DNA from: Trueperaceae bacterium
GTDB lineage: Bacteria > Deinococcota > Deinococci > Deinococcales > Trueperaceae
Reading direction: 5' to 3'
NCBI GenBank assembly: GCA_965213925.1
Contig: OZ243927.1
Span: 736,001 to 800,000, forward strand
Length of the DNA: 64,000 nucleotides
Shown here: positions 53,578-63,841 of the stretch, piece by piece
Layout of the letters: the number at the start of each line of letters is the position of its first letter
Numbering within the stretch: position 1 is the stretch's first letter
Program-made: the position numbers and the translations under genes
Notes under the pieces: model-generated
Database searches by the model: none
What the model was told of the DNA's origin: nothing
The model's input: only the letters and a program-made list of their open reading frames with translations

Positions 53578-54174
53578 TTACTTAGCCGCTTCGTAGTACT
53601 CCGCAACTTTATCCCAATTCACTACGTTCCAGAAATTACTGACGTACTCCGGGCGCTTATTCTGGTACTTGAGGTAGTAGGCGTGCTCCCACACGTCGAG
53701 ACCTAGAATCGGGGTTTTGCCGTCCATGAGAGGGCTGTCCTGGTTGGGGGTGCTCATGACCTCTAACTTGCCCGCGTTCACAACGAGCCACGCCCAGCCT
53801 GAGCCGAAGCGACCCGTCGCAGCGCTTTCGAACTGCTCTTTGAACGAATCGAACGAGCTGAAGTCGCGTTCGATGGCTTCGCTCAAGTCACCACTGGGGC
53901 TGCCGCCGCCGTTCGGTCCCATGACCTCCCAAAAGAGGTTGTGGTTCGCGTAGCCGCCGCCGTTGTTGCGCACCGCCGTAGAGAGTTTATCCACGCCCTG
54001 CGCCAAAATCTCCTCGATGCTCATGTTTTCCATCTCGGTGCCTTCGACGGCGTTATTGAGCTTGGTCGTGTAGCCCTGATGGTGCTTGTCGTGGTGAATT
54101 TCCATCGTGGTGGCGTCGATGGTGGGCTCTAAGGCGTCTTTATCATAGGGTAAGTCGGGTAGGGTAAAAGCCAT
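53578..54174 (-). CDS. sodA: Mn-type superoxide dismutase
   Basis: [22 protein letters not shown] and DVWEHAYY motifs. Confidence 0.94.
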   Translation of the reverse strand: MAFTLPDLPYDKDALEPTIDATTMEIHHDKHHQGYTTKLNNAVEGTEMENMSIEEILAQGVDKLSTAVRNNGGGYANHNLFWEVMGPNGGGSPSGDLSEAIERDFSSFDSFKEQFESAATGRFGSGWAWLVVNAGKLEVMSTPNQDSPLMDGKTPILGLDVWEHAYYLKYQNKRPEYVSNFWNVVNWDKVAEYYEAAK

Positions 54175-54633
54175 TAGGTAACTCCTCTCGAGAGTAAAGA
54201 ACTTCACTTCGTGTACACCCAGAGTGTAGCAAAGGTGTTGGATGTAACCTTTTCTGAGCTTACACTTAGGGACTGTACCTGATATTAAACGCGGCTTAGC
54301 GCTTAATCAAACAGCAGGATAGCCCTTCCTCGAGCCTCCAACCTCAGCCCCTCGCCCTACCTCATTCTAAGCCCAAAGTCCTACGAACATCAGCGGATTG
54401 CCAAGCGAGACCTTATCGTCCTAAGCACGTCACGGAGTAAGTTTTACGGCACTGTTGTCACCCTGAGCCCGCCGAAGGGTTTCGTTCCTCAGCGTCAGGG
54501 CGATACAGAAAAGCGCCAGCAGCCTATCTAAGTGGCTGTGTGAAAATAACCTAAACTGAGAAGATTGATAAAGTATGTCCTACGGGGGAAAACCTCTTCA
54601 GAATAGTTGAGGTTATTTAGACTGGAGTACTTA

Positions 54634-56043
54634 TCAACTTTTAGGAGGCGACGCGAAGCGCGTTCGCGCGTACATCATCAGCTCCTGCGGTAACTTAGGC
54701 AGCGTCTCAAAGGTAAAGGCGTCCGCCGCTTTTTTTATCCCTTCGGAGAGCGTTGGGTACGGGAAGACGACCCCGCCTAGCTTGTAGAGCGAAATCCCCT
54801 GAACCATCGCCAGCGTCAGCATGGAGATCATCTCGGAGGCTTTAGGCGCGACGATAGTGGCGCTCAGGATGCGCCCGGTTAAGCGAACGGCGTGGATGCG
54901 GACGAAACCGTCCTCCAATCCCTGCGTGTACCCCTTATCCGTCTCTTTAAGCTCCACGTGCAGCGTCTTGATGAGGTCGGGGTGGTACTTCTTGTGAAGG
55001 TCTTCCAAGCTAGGACCGACCATCGCAATCTCGGGGTCGCTAAAGGTCGCGCTTGGGTAGGCGGGCTCTTTGCCGAAGGTCGGCAGCCAGGGCAGCACGA
55101 GCCGCCGCACCACGCGCCGCCCCTGGGCGTTGGCGGAGTGCGTGAAGTTCGAGGCGGGGTTCACGTCGCCGATGGCGAAGAGGCTTTCGACGTTAGTCGC
55201 GCCGAAGGGTCCGGTGGGGACGCCCTTCTTCTCGTCGTAGTGGAGCCCTGTGTGCTCTAAGCCCAACCCCGCCACGTTCGGCGTGCGCCCCGCCGCCATC
55301 AGCACGCGGTCTACGCCGTCTAACGCGACCTCTTGACCGTTTTGGTTCACAAAGAGTGTCTTCTCATTTTCGTCGTAACGCGAGGCTTGCGCGTTCAAGT
55401 AAACCTCGACGCACGTCTCTTTGAGGCTCTTCTCGATGACTTCGGAGACCTCTGGGTCGCCCACCGAATAGACCCGCCCGCCCCGGTTGATGAGGCTTAC
55501 GCGGCTGCCGAGCTTGCGGAAAGCGAACGCCATCTCCAAGCCGATGGGTCCTGCGCCAATTACCGCGAGATGCTCGGGTTTATGCGGCTGCTCGAAGAGG
55601 GTCTCGTTGGTGAGGGTGCGCTCGCCCGGGAGCCCGTCAACCTCTAAGTGGCGCGGTTTGCCGCCCGTCGCCAGGACGATATTTTTGGTGTCGAGGGTTT
55701 GGGTATCGCCGTTACCCAAGCTCACCTTGACTTGCATTTCTCCTGTTAGCTTCGCAGTGCCGTGAAAAACTGAGACGTTCTCAACGGTGTGAATCCAATC
55801 GGTCTCCTCGTCGCGGAGGTGGTTGCGCTTGTCGCGCACGTGCTGTAAGACTGCGTCCGCGTCGTCAAAAGGATGCTCCACCGAATGAATGAGCGTCTTC
55901 GACGGCACGCAGCCGACGTTCGTGCAGTCGCCGCCGATGGGTCCGCGCTCAACGAGCGCGACCTGTTTGCCGAACTTCGCTAACCCTACCGCCACCGTGA
56001 GCCCGCCCGCGCCCGCGCCGATGACAACCGTGTGATACGCCAT
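54634..56043 (-). CDS. pyridine nucleotide-disulfide oxidoreductase (MerA/Lpd-like)
   Basis: GAGAGG, GGDCTNVGCVPSK, GAGPIG and YPTLSE; no C-terminal Cys pair. Confidence 0.88.
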   Translation of the reverse strand: MAYHTVVIGAGAGGLTVAVGLAKFGKQVALVERGPIGGDCTNVGCVPSKTLIHSVEHPFDDADAVLQHVRDKRNHLRDEETDWIHTVENVSVFHGTAKLTGEMQVKVSLGNGDTQTLDTKNIVLATGGKPRHLEVDGLPGERTLTNETLFEQPHKPEHLAVIGAGPIGLEMAFAFRKLGSRVSLINRGGRVYSVGDPEVSEVIEKSLKETCVEVYLNAQASRYDENEKTLFVNQNGQEVALDGVDRVLMAAGRTPNVAGLGLEHTGLHYDEKKGVPTGPFGATNVESLFAIGDVNPASNFTHSANAQGRRVVRRLVLPWLPTFGKEPAYPSATFSDPEIAMVGPSLEDLHKKYHPDLIKTLHVELKETDKGYTQGLEDGFVRIHAVRLTGRILSATIVAPKASEMISMLTLAMVQGISLYKLGGVVFPYPTLSEGIKKAADAFTFETLPKLPQELMMYARTRFASPPKS

Positions 56044-56766
56044 TTAAGCCTCCACCCCTTTGCGGCGCTTGAGCAGCCTAGAAAGCCCCAAACTCGCCAC
56101 GAAAATAACGACGGACGCGACCAACACCCAAGGGTTGAAGCCTCCCCCTTCGGCGTTCAAACCCGTTGACGCGCCCAGCAGCACGAACGAGAGCGTGCCG
56201 GGTAGCGAGCCGAGAATCGTCGCCAAGATAAACGCCCAGTAGTTGATGCGCAAAAAGCCTGCCAGGTAGTTGACCAAGTCGTAGGGCAAGAAGATAAAGC
56301 GCATCGTCAGAACGGTTTCGAACGAATTGCTGCGCATCTTGCCTATCCAGCGCTGCAACCTGCCGGTGTCCTCATCCTCCGCCTCGAGCGCGTTCTGCCC
56401 GAAGAAGTACCCGATAAAGTACGCGAGCGTCGCGCCCAAGTTCGCGCCGATAACCGTGTAGACGACGCCCCAAACCGCGCCGAAGAGCGCCCCACCCGCG
56501 AGCGTCAACAGCACCGCCGAAAAGAGCACGATAGGGCGCAGCGTGTAGAGCCCGATAAAGATAAGGGGCGCTAAGGGGTTGTCACGTATGAAGTTGACGA
56601 GTTGCCGAACCGTCTGCTGAAGCGCCTCATCTAAAGGTAAGCCGAGGCTGAAAATATAAACTGCAAACGCGCTGAGCAAGGCGAGCCAGAACCCACCCGC
56701 TACGAGTTTCTGCCAGTGCTTCGCGAAAAACGAGGGTTGTTGCCTAGGGGTCGATACTTGAGCCAT
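56044..56766 (-). CDS. TVP38/DedA (VTT domain) membrane protein
   Basis: LAGGALFG..G, R...LPYDLVNY.AG and AT.LG.LPG motifs. Confidence 0.9.
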   Translation of the reverse strand: MAQVSTPRQQPSFFAKHWQKLVAGGFWLALLSAFAVYIFSLGLPLDEALQQTVRQLVNFIRDNPLAPLIFIGLYTLRPIVLFSAVLLTLAGGALFGAVWGVVYTVIGANLGATLAYFIGYFFGQNALEAEDEDTGRLQRWIGKMRSNSFETVLTMRFIFLPYDLVNYLAGFLRINYWAFILATILGSLPGTLSFVLLGASTGLNAEGGGFNPWVLVASVVIFVASLGLSRLLKRRKGVEA

Positions 56767-56768
56767 CC

Positions 56769-57371
56769 TTAAAGCCTCCTTAACGCGAAGCGGACGCGCT
56801 GACCCACCGAAAAGAGAACGAGCAGCGCCATAAGAGAGAAGAGAAAGGTGAGCGCACCGGGAAAAATTAGGAACAAGCAGTAGAAGAGAATCGTCTCGCC
56901 CCCTTCAATCAAACCACTCGGCATGGTCACGCTCGTCTGCTCACCCTGACTCGACGCCCCTTGCTTGCGCTTCTCTAAAATAGCTGAGAGATAGAGCCAC
57001 GAGACGGCGTTGAGGTAGAAGCTCGAGAGTAGAAACGCCAAACTCAACCAGACCGCAGGGGAGGCTTGCGCCCAGGCTAGCGCAACGGGCAAGAGGGCGT
57101 AGATCGCGGTGTCTAAGAGCATGTCCAGATAGCCACCCAGGTCACTCTGCTTGGCGCTACTTCTGGCGATGCTACCGTCTAATCCGTCCAGCACGCGTCC
57201 CGCGAGCCACAGCGCCAACGCCCAGCCGTAGAGTTCAAACGCCGCCGCGCCCACCGCCAGCAGCCCGACGCCAAACGCCGTCAAGGTCACGGCGAGCGGG
57301 GGGATATCCAAACGTTTGGCGACGGGCTCTAAAAGTCGCTCTTTTGGAAGCCTCAAGTATCTGTCTATCAT
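56769..57371 (-). CDS. CDP-alcohol phosphatidyltransferase family protein (YnjF-like)
   Basis: DGLDGSIAR...G..LD..LD and GLIEGGET motifs. Confidence 0.9.
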   Translation of the reverse strand: MIDRYLRLPKERLLEPVAKRLDIPPLAVTLTAFGVGLLAVGAAAFELYGWALALWLAGRVLDGLDGSIARSSAKQSDLGGYLDMLLDTAIYALLPVALAWAQASPAVWLSLAFLLSSFYLNAVSWLYLSAILEKRKQGASSQGEQTSVTMPSGLIEGGETILFYCLFLIFPGALTFLFSLMALLVLFSVGQRVRFALRRL

Positions 57372-57469
57372 CGTTGGAGAGCGCCACTACCTTTCTAACT
57401 CGCAGGTCTATCTCGAGAGGCGAAGCTGTTACAACTATAAAACGCTCGACTGTTCTTTATTGCAGCCAA

Positions 57470-57483
57470 GTGAACATCTTCAC
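57470..57483. promoter_or_regulatory. Crp/Fnr-like site
   Basis: GTGA-N6-TCAC between the operon and the divergent Crp/Fnr gene. Confidence 0.4.
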
Positions 57484-57692
57484 CATAACGAATGAACGCC
57501 GTCCCGTTCGTCAAACACTGTACGGAGACCGCGCCACATTTCGCCCAAGCTGACGGAGGAGCTGCACCCGACACTCCAACGCGAAGCGATTTGATGTAGG
57601 CTAAAAGAGATGTCCAAATCTGGGGCGACGGTTCCGAGCAGGCGCGCGGCGAGCGGGCACGTAGCGACAAGCCTGCGCGCAAGGAGGTTCTC

Positions 57693-58388
57693 TTGACGCT
57701 ACCCCGAAACGCATCTCCGAAACCTTATGTTATTAAAAACACCGGCTTTGCTCAGCGGCTCAGCGAGCGCGACATGGCGGTTTTTCGGCGCGTCTGTCCC
57801 GACAAGATGTACCGCAAAGGCGAGACGATTTTCTACGCGGGCGACCCCGCCACGGATTTGCACGTCATCGCCAAAGGGCAAGTCAAGCTCGTCACGCAGG
57901 ACGCGAGCGGCAGCGAGCGTATTTTGGTCGTGTGCGGCGTGAACGACTTTATCGGCGAGGCGTTCCTGACTGAAACCTCGAGCTATTACGTGGACGCCGT
58001 CGCCCTGACCGACGTCGTAACGTGCCCGGTGAGCCGCCCACAGTTTTTACAGATGGCGCTGCACGCTCCGCACTTCACGCTGACTTTTACAGAAATTTTG
58101 GCGAGCCACCTCTTTCACTGCCGCGAGCAACTTGGTCATTCGTATGCGCCCGTCAAAACGCGCCTCATCAAGACCTTTTTGGAGCAAGCGGAGCGCTTCG
58201 GTGAGCCGGAGCAAAGTGGCTGGGTCAAGCTCGAGACCGAACTCAAACACGAAGAACTCGCCTCGATGATTTCCGCCACGCGGGTGAGCGTCTCGATGGC
58301 GATTGCGGAGCTGCGTGAGGCGCAACTGCTCGAGGGGACGAGAGGCAACTACCGGATCGACGTGGAGGCGCTGAGTAGTTATCTCTGA
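57693..58388 (+). CDS. Crp/Fnr family transcription regulator
   Basis: cNMP-binding domain (KGETIF..GD, G.VKL, FIGE) and HTH (HEELASMISATRVSVS); AAGGAGG RBS. Confidence 0.92.
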   Translation: MTLPRNASPKPYVIKNTGFAQRLSERDMAVFRRVCPDKMYRKGETIFYAGDPATDLHVIAKGQVKLVTQDASGSERILVVCGVNDFIGEAFLTETSSYYVDAVALTDVVTCPVSRPQFLQMALHAPHFTLTFTEILASHLFHCREQLGHSYAPVKTRLIKTFLEQAERFGEPEQSGWVKLETELKHEELASMISATRVSVSMAIAELREAQLLEGTRGNYRIDVEALSSYL

Positions 58389-58435
58389 GTTTTTCGCGCT
58401 TGTCTCCGAGCAACGCCGCGCCGTAGACTGCCCAG

Positions 58436-58939
58436 GTGCCTCTATCGTTCAAAACTGGCGAAGGGCGCTTTACCTACCGCGTCGCGGGCATCGCGCTCCG
58501 GGATGACTACGTCCTACTCGGTACAGAGGCGCACATCGACTTCTGGTATCTGCCGGGAGGACGCCCCGAGTTCGGTGAAACGCTTCAAGGTGCGCTCGAG
58601 AGGGAGATGTATGAGGAACTCGGCGCAGAGGTCGAGGTCAGGCGACTGGCGCTGGTGATCGAGAACTTCTTCAACCACGCTTCTGAAAAACATCACGGTA
58701 TCGGGCTTTACTTCTTGATGACGTTACCAGAAGTTCTGACGAATAGGGAAGAGGTTTATAAGGGGCTCGAGCATGACGCGGACGCAATTAGAGATTCGGG
58801 TGAAGAGGGAGCGCTCGAGCTGTCCTTCCGCTGGTTTCACCTGAGTCAAATAGAAACGCTCGACGTGCGCCCTAAGTGCTTGCAGAAAGCGCTCGTCAAC
58901 CTCTCCGAAGAGGTGCAGCACCTCATTAACGTCGGTTAG
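58436..58939 (+). CDS. NUDIX hydrolase
   Basis: LPGGRPEFGETLQGALEREMYEELG. Confidence 0.9.
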   Translation: MPLSFKTGEGRFTYRVAGIALRDDYVLLGTEAHIDFWYLPGGRPEFGETLQGALEREMYEELGAEVEVRRLALVIENFFNHASEKHHGIGLYFLMTLPEVLTNREEVYKGLEHDADAIRDSGEEGALELSFRWFHLSQIETLDVRPKCLQKALVNLSEEVQHLINVG

Positions 58940-59010
58940 TCTTAACTTAAGGCGGAGACGCACCTATTGACAGAAACAATTTTTAGTGAGAATAATTTCT
59001 ACGATTAGCC

Positions 59011-60702
59011 TCAAAATTGTACTACCTCAGTCATCAATCGCTCGTAATCGTCCCTCAGCCACAGGAAAGAGAAATTGCGTTGATTGTCGTACCGACTGAC
59101 GTATGTCTCGCCTTCATACATTTCGTCAATATACTCGAGAACAAAGTCGGGATCAACGTCGAGTATCTGCGAAAACACCACGCTCTTGTAATCGTCATGT
59201 TGCCTTGCCTTGCAAACCGAGAGATAAGCCCTTTTCAGTATCTCGATATCGTCCTCGAACATAGATAAGAGGCTTTCGTCTGTTCCCAAGTGATCATTGA
59301 CGACCTGCATCAAAGCAGAAGCAGGAGCATAGCCTAGCTCGATTTTCGCAGAAATGATTTCAACAACTTTAGGGATGACCCGCTTGTCAACCTCTCGGTA
59401 TTTCAGCAGGTAGTCAAGGCGGTCAAACATATCTTGCGCTTCGGCTTCGCGGTATAGGGCGTACAACTCCTCTAAGCGCCGCTCATTGATCTGCTCAGGC
59501 GTCAAACCCATGTAGAAGCTAAACAGCCATCTCCGCTTCGTCGAATAATCGAATTTTTTTAGCAGAGCTAGAGCGTCTTCGGCACCGAGGGCTTGAATAA
59601 GATGCCAAACGACTTTCGGAATCCAATTCAGCCTCAAAGGGTCGCCGAGTTGCAGGTAATGACCTAAGACAGCCGCGAAAAGTTCCGAGTCGCGCTTCGC
59701 CAAATCTTCGAAAACGTTCTCGACCCCGGTCATCAACTGGTGGGGGTTGATGCCCGCCAGATTACCTTGCATTTCAAGCGCTTGCTCAAAGAACCGTCTG
59801 AAATCATCGAGATTGAACGGTTCGAAATGCGCTCTTATGCGCTCTTGTTTATAAGCTTCGAACTCGTGAAAGTCCAGCTCGAGTTCCTTCCTGCTAAACG
59901 TGTCGTGTAAGAAGAGTCTGGATAGCTTATAGATTTCACTCGAGAAGTGTTCTCGCAAATCGGGGTCAAACGAAATCTGATGCCTCTCGAGGAGGTCTAA
60001 GAACTTACAGGCAATGATGCAATGACTGTAGCGCTCAGGCTCGAGGTTCTCGGAGAGGAAAGGTAGCACCGATGCCGCGTCAACCTCGATGATCTCTTTC
60101 GTATTGATTCGTTACCCTTCATTGCTGTAGGCGTAGATAGCACTGAGAATGCCGTCTTGGAATCTCGGGTTGTCGTAAAGTTGAAAAACCTGCTCCCAAA
60201 GCTGCCGTCTCAGCTCAAACAGCTTGGGAGTAGCGGGAAGCTCAAAGCGGATTACGTTTAAGATATCCCCTTTGAATTTTGTCGTCTCAAAAGAGATGTG
60301 CAGATACTTCTCAGCTAAAGCGATGAATAGCCTCGGGAAGAGTTCGTCATCGTCTCCTACCCGCCGCCGCAATTCATCGACGACGACGCTTTGCATCAAG
60401 GACCCGCTGCTGAAAGAGGTAGGCTTAAACCCGAAGTCCTTAACGAGAATGTGGAGCACTTTAGGTAGATTTTCGGGCTGCTTCTCCAGATAATCAAAGA
60501 GAAGATTGAGCGCTATGCGGAAGTTGTCCGGGCTCGAGTACACAAACGCACTTAGTATGCTTAAAATTGATGGTCTGGGGATGCTCGAGTCGGGCTTAAA
60601 CTCTAAATTCGAGAGGTCTACATCTTCTGTTTCTAAGCCCTCAATATAGGCTTGAGCAAAAAGCAATGTCTCAGTTTTCTTCACGAACCAGAAGGTGTTC
60701 AT
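59011..60702 (-). pseudogene. internal fragment of a large alpha-helical protein, broken by one in-frame TAA
   Basis: ORFs 60112-60702 and 59011-60069 are in the same frame (SNEG*RINTKEIIEVDAASVLPF); lower GC; no recognisable N-terminal domain. Confidence 0.7.
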
Positions 60703-60829
60703 GAGGTAAAATAAACCGTTTCTGAGAGAGGCAAAAAAGGCGGGCCACGATATCTCGCGGAGCTTTCACCTGACTCATCGGGCGACTCTACCTCTCATTC
60801 ATCTCCCGACCCCCCTCATAGATGAACGC

Positions 60830-61798
60830 TCACTCCTCACGCTTAAAGCGCAGCGACGCGCTGAAATCGCTGGTGCCGAAGAACCACTCCCTCCAGCTCA
60901 GCCTCGAGCCCATCTCACGAAAGGGCGACTCGCCGACCTGCGCGTAGTTAAGAACTGCGACGAAGAAAACGCCGCCTAGTATGTTGCCGAGGAGCACCGG
61001 CAGTGTGAAGGTCCATAGGAAAGACAGCTCGGCGTGGGCGGTGAACGCCAGGTAGAAGACCTCGACCGAACTCGTGATGATGTGGTAGAAGTGGGCCGCG
61101 CCAATGAAGTACATCAGGATCCAAATAATGAAGATACGCGAGATGGTGTCTCTAGAACCGTGAATGAGCCAGACCATGCTGGCGACCAGCCAGCCGGCGA
61201 TAACCGACTTCCAGAACGCCTCGCCCCAGCTCGCCTTGAGGGTCTCTTCGCCCATCTTGAAGGCGACACTACTGGTCTCCTCATCAAAAACACTGGTGGT
61301 CGCTAGGAGCAGCGAGATAGCGACCGCGCCCAGCATGTTGGCGAAAAAGACGATTCCCCAGAGCCGCATAAGCTCGCGCAGGCTCGCCAATCGCGTGAGC
61401 ACCAACGCCATTGGCGTCAGCGTGTTCTCGGTGAAGAGCTGGTAGCGCCCTAACACGATCAGCACGAAGCCGACGGGGTAGAAGATGTTACCTAGCAGCC
61501 CGGCAGACTCGCCCGGCGTCTGCTCGGTGAAAATGACGCGCGCGATGAAGGTGAGTCCCAAGGCTAGCCCCGCCGCCAAGCCGCTCCAGAAGAGGAGCGA
61601 GGGCGCTTTGGAGAGTTCGTCGTCGGCAGTAGCTAGGACGCGCTCGAAGATTTCGTGGGTCGAGAAGAAGTCGCGGATAATGTTGCCGTCTGAGGGCGCG
61701 GTGGTGGCACGGTCGCGCTCGGCGGCGGTCTCTGGCGACATGCCGTCTTGCTGGTAGTTATCTCGCTTATGCTTGTGCTGATCCTCGTCTTCGCTCAT
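60830..61798 (-). CDS. formate/nitrite transporter family protein (YfdC-like)
   Basis: YPVGF, QLFTENT, AGWLVA and LGNILGG motifs; GGAGG RBS before the ATG at 61798. Confidence 0.9.
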   Translation of the reverse strand: MSEDEDQHKHKRDNYQQDGMSPETAAERDRATTAPSDGNIIRDFFSTHEIFERVLATADDELSKAPSLLFWSGLAAGLALGLTFIARVIFTEQTPGESAGLLGNIFYPVGFVLIVLGRYQLFTENTLTPMALVLTRLASLRELMRLWGIVFFANMLGAVAISLLLATTSVFDEETSSVAFKMGEETLKASWGEAFWKSVIAGWLVASMVWLIHGSRDTISRIFIIWILMYFIGAAHFYHIITSSVEVFYLAFTAHAELSFLWTFTLPVLLGNILGGVFFVAVLNYAQVGESPFREMGSRLSWREWFFGTSDFSASLRFKREE

Positions 61799-62072
61799 GG
61801 TCCCTCCGGAGAATGTTGGTCGTCTGGCAATTATCCTTTGTCCTGCGCTATACAAAGGGAAGACGGCTCACAAAGCGCCTCCGGGTGCTGCTTAGGCGTA
61901 GCGCGTGTCGATCAGCATGGAGGCGTTGATAAGAGGCGTTGATAAGTCGTAAACCAGCTCAAGGGGAAAGCCGTCCGATCAATTCAGGTCTGACGGCTTT
62001 CCCAAAATTCCCCTGGCGGAGAGCTTTAGTTATAAAGGTCATCAGATCAGCTCGCGCCGGACAGATGCGTTT

Positions 62073-62770
62073 GGGTGCGTCCAAGAAATAGGGGCGAGCC
62101 GAAGAATGGGCTAAGATAGGGGATGAACCAAAGAAAAGCTAACCTGAAAGCGGAATTGCTCGCTATAGCGTAGCTTTAGATATCCTTCTCGAAGAGAGCG
62201 AAAAGCTAGAGGATTTTGCTGAGTTAGAAGAGGCAGTAAGTCAGCTTGCGGAGCGAACCTTGCCGCAGACACTGAGCGCCTTGCAAGCGAGTAAGGCTTT
62301 TTCCCCCTGGTGTCCAGACTGCCAGCAAAGCCCGCGAAGTAAAGGCTACACTCAGCGCACGGTTGTAACGCGTTGGGGTAAAGCTGCGGTGCGGGTGCTG
62401 GTAAGCCGTGTCAACGCCACGGACATAGCAGTTCACTAGGGCTGGACGGCAGCGGCTTGAGTCCTGGGGTGCTTGCGAGCGTGGTGTACTTGGGCACGCA
62501 TTTAAGCTACCGAGAAACGCAAGCGGCGTTAGCCTTGCAGCGCATTACATTGAGCTTAGGTCAGTGCGAGCAGAAGCATCAGGCTTACGCAAGCAGCTAC
62601 GAAACGAAGTGTAAAGACCACCTGCGCACCCAGGCAGAGCAAGCACTAGGCTCAGGCGAGACTCAGAGCTGGGTTACCGAAGCGGACGGCATGTTCGTTA
62701 TAGAACACCTTGTCCAGGACAGTGTGAAGGGCGCGAAGTTAAACAGGCTGTCTTGTTTCCTCTCCACCCC
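62073..62770 (+). mobile_element. degenerate ISKra4/UPF0236-like transposase remnant
   Basis: End-like GGGTGCGTCCAAGAAATAGGGG; fragmented reading CPDC...GY..RTVVTRWG, LGLDGSGLSP, EADGMFV and GREVKQAV with stops and frameshifts. Confidence 0.65.
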
Positions 62771-62904
62771 GCTGCTGAGCTACCTCGTGCTGCGCTGGGG
62801 ACACGCGCTCGTATGGGTCCTGTTGGCGCTCTCGTTCCTGCTTCGTGGCACAAGGTGGGGTGGAACGGGCGTGGCCGACATTGTGGCGGGGCTAGCGTTG
62901 GGGG

Positions 62905-63286
62905 TTTAGCCAAGAAAAGTTTACAAGGCGCTGCGGCGCAACTGGCGGCTTCACATGAGGTGACGGTTGAGGGCGTGGCGGCAGCGGCGCACCTGTCACG
63001 CCGTCAGCTCGAGCGCCGCTTCGCCGCCGAGGCCGGCACGTCACCCAAGGCGCTGGCGGTAAGAGCGCGTTTTGAACATGTAAAGGACGCGCTCGCTTAC
63101 CCGGTAAAGCCCAACTTGGCTGACCTGGCGTTGGAGTTTGGCTTTAGCGACCAGGCGCACCTGACCCGCGACTTTAGGCGTTTCAGTGGCAGAACCCCCC
63201 AAAGATTTGCCGCCGAGATGCAGGCCACCCGCGAGCTGTTGGCGGGCTACCATGACGCATTTTTACAAGACGCGGAGTCCTCCTAG
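62905..63286 (+). pseudogene. AraC-family regulator, C-terminal HTH only
   Basis: LSRRQLERRF...G.SPK and GFSDQAHLTRDFRRFSG.TP; the N-terminal domain is replaced by unrelated remnants. Confidence 0.7.
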
Positions 63287-63344
63287 GACCTAAGCTAAAC
63301 AGCGTCGGGCAAGGTCCCGGTAGCCACTTGTAAGGGAGCAAAAC

Positions 63345-63716
63345 ATGAACCACCCCAGCCTGGGCAACATCAACTTGTTCGTGCGCGACGTAGCCGCAGC
63401 GAAACGGTTTTATAAAGATGTCATGAGTCTGCTCGAGGACGAGGCGCGCTCGCAACCGCCCTCGTTCGCACTTTTCAAGGCGGGCGGCTGCAGCCTGACA
63501 CTGCAAGACGGTACGGTCCAGGGTGCCGCCTTGGGTGAAGCGGCGAGCGTGGAACTCGGCTTTGTCACCGACGATGTCGACGCGGTGCGGCAGCGGCTGT
63601 TAGCGGCGGGCGCGGAGGTCGGTGAGGTGCAGCAGATGGGCTGGGGCGGCGGTTTTGACGCCAGAGACCTCAACGGTCATAGACTTACGGTTTATAAGAC
63701 GCGAGAGGACGGCTAA
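63345..63716 (+). CDS. VOC/glyoxalase family protein
   Basis: VRDVAAAKRFY, ELGF..DDVD and WG...F...DLNGH motifs. Confidence 0.88.
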   Translation: MNHPSLGNINLFVRDVAAAKRFYKDVMSLLEDEARSQPPSFALFKAGGCSLTLQDGTVQGAALGEAASVELGFVTDDVDAVRQRLLAAGAEVGEVQQMGWGGGFDARDLNGHRLTVYKTREDG

Positions 63717-63841
63717 CGCGTTCGTGCGCGTGTTGTCCTAAGCCCACACTTTGTCCTACAGGGGCGCGGGAGACGTTAGCCAAGCCTTGGGCGCGTAGCT
63801 GTGGCCGAACATCGGGGCTCCTCGAGCCTCACCCGACGCCT

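Noticed and set aside
54634..56043. mercuric reductase merA
   Set aside because: No NmerA domain, no C-terminal Cys-Cys and no mer genes nearby.
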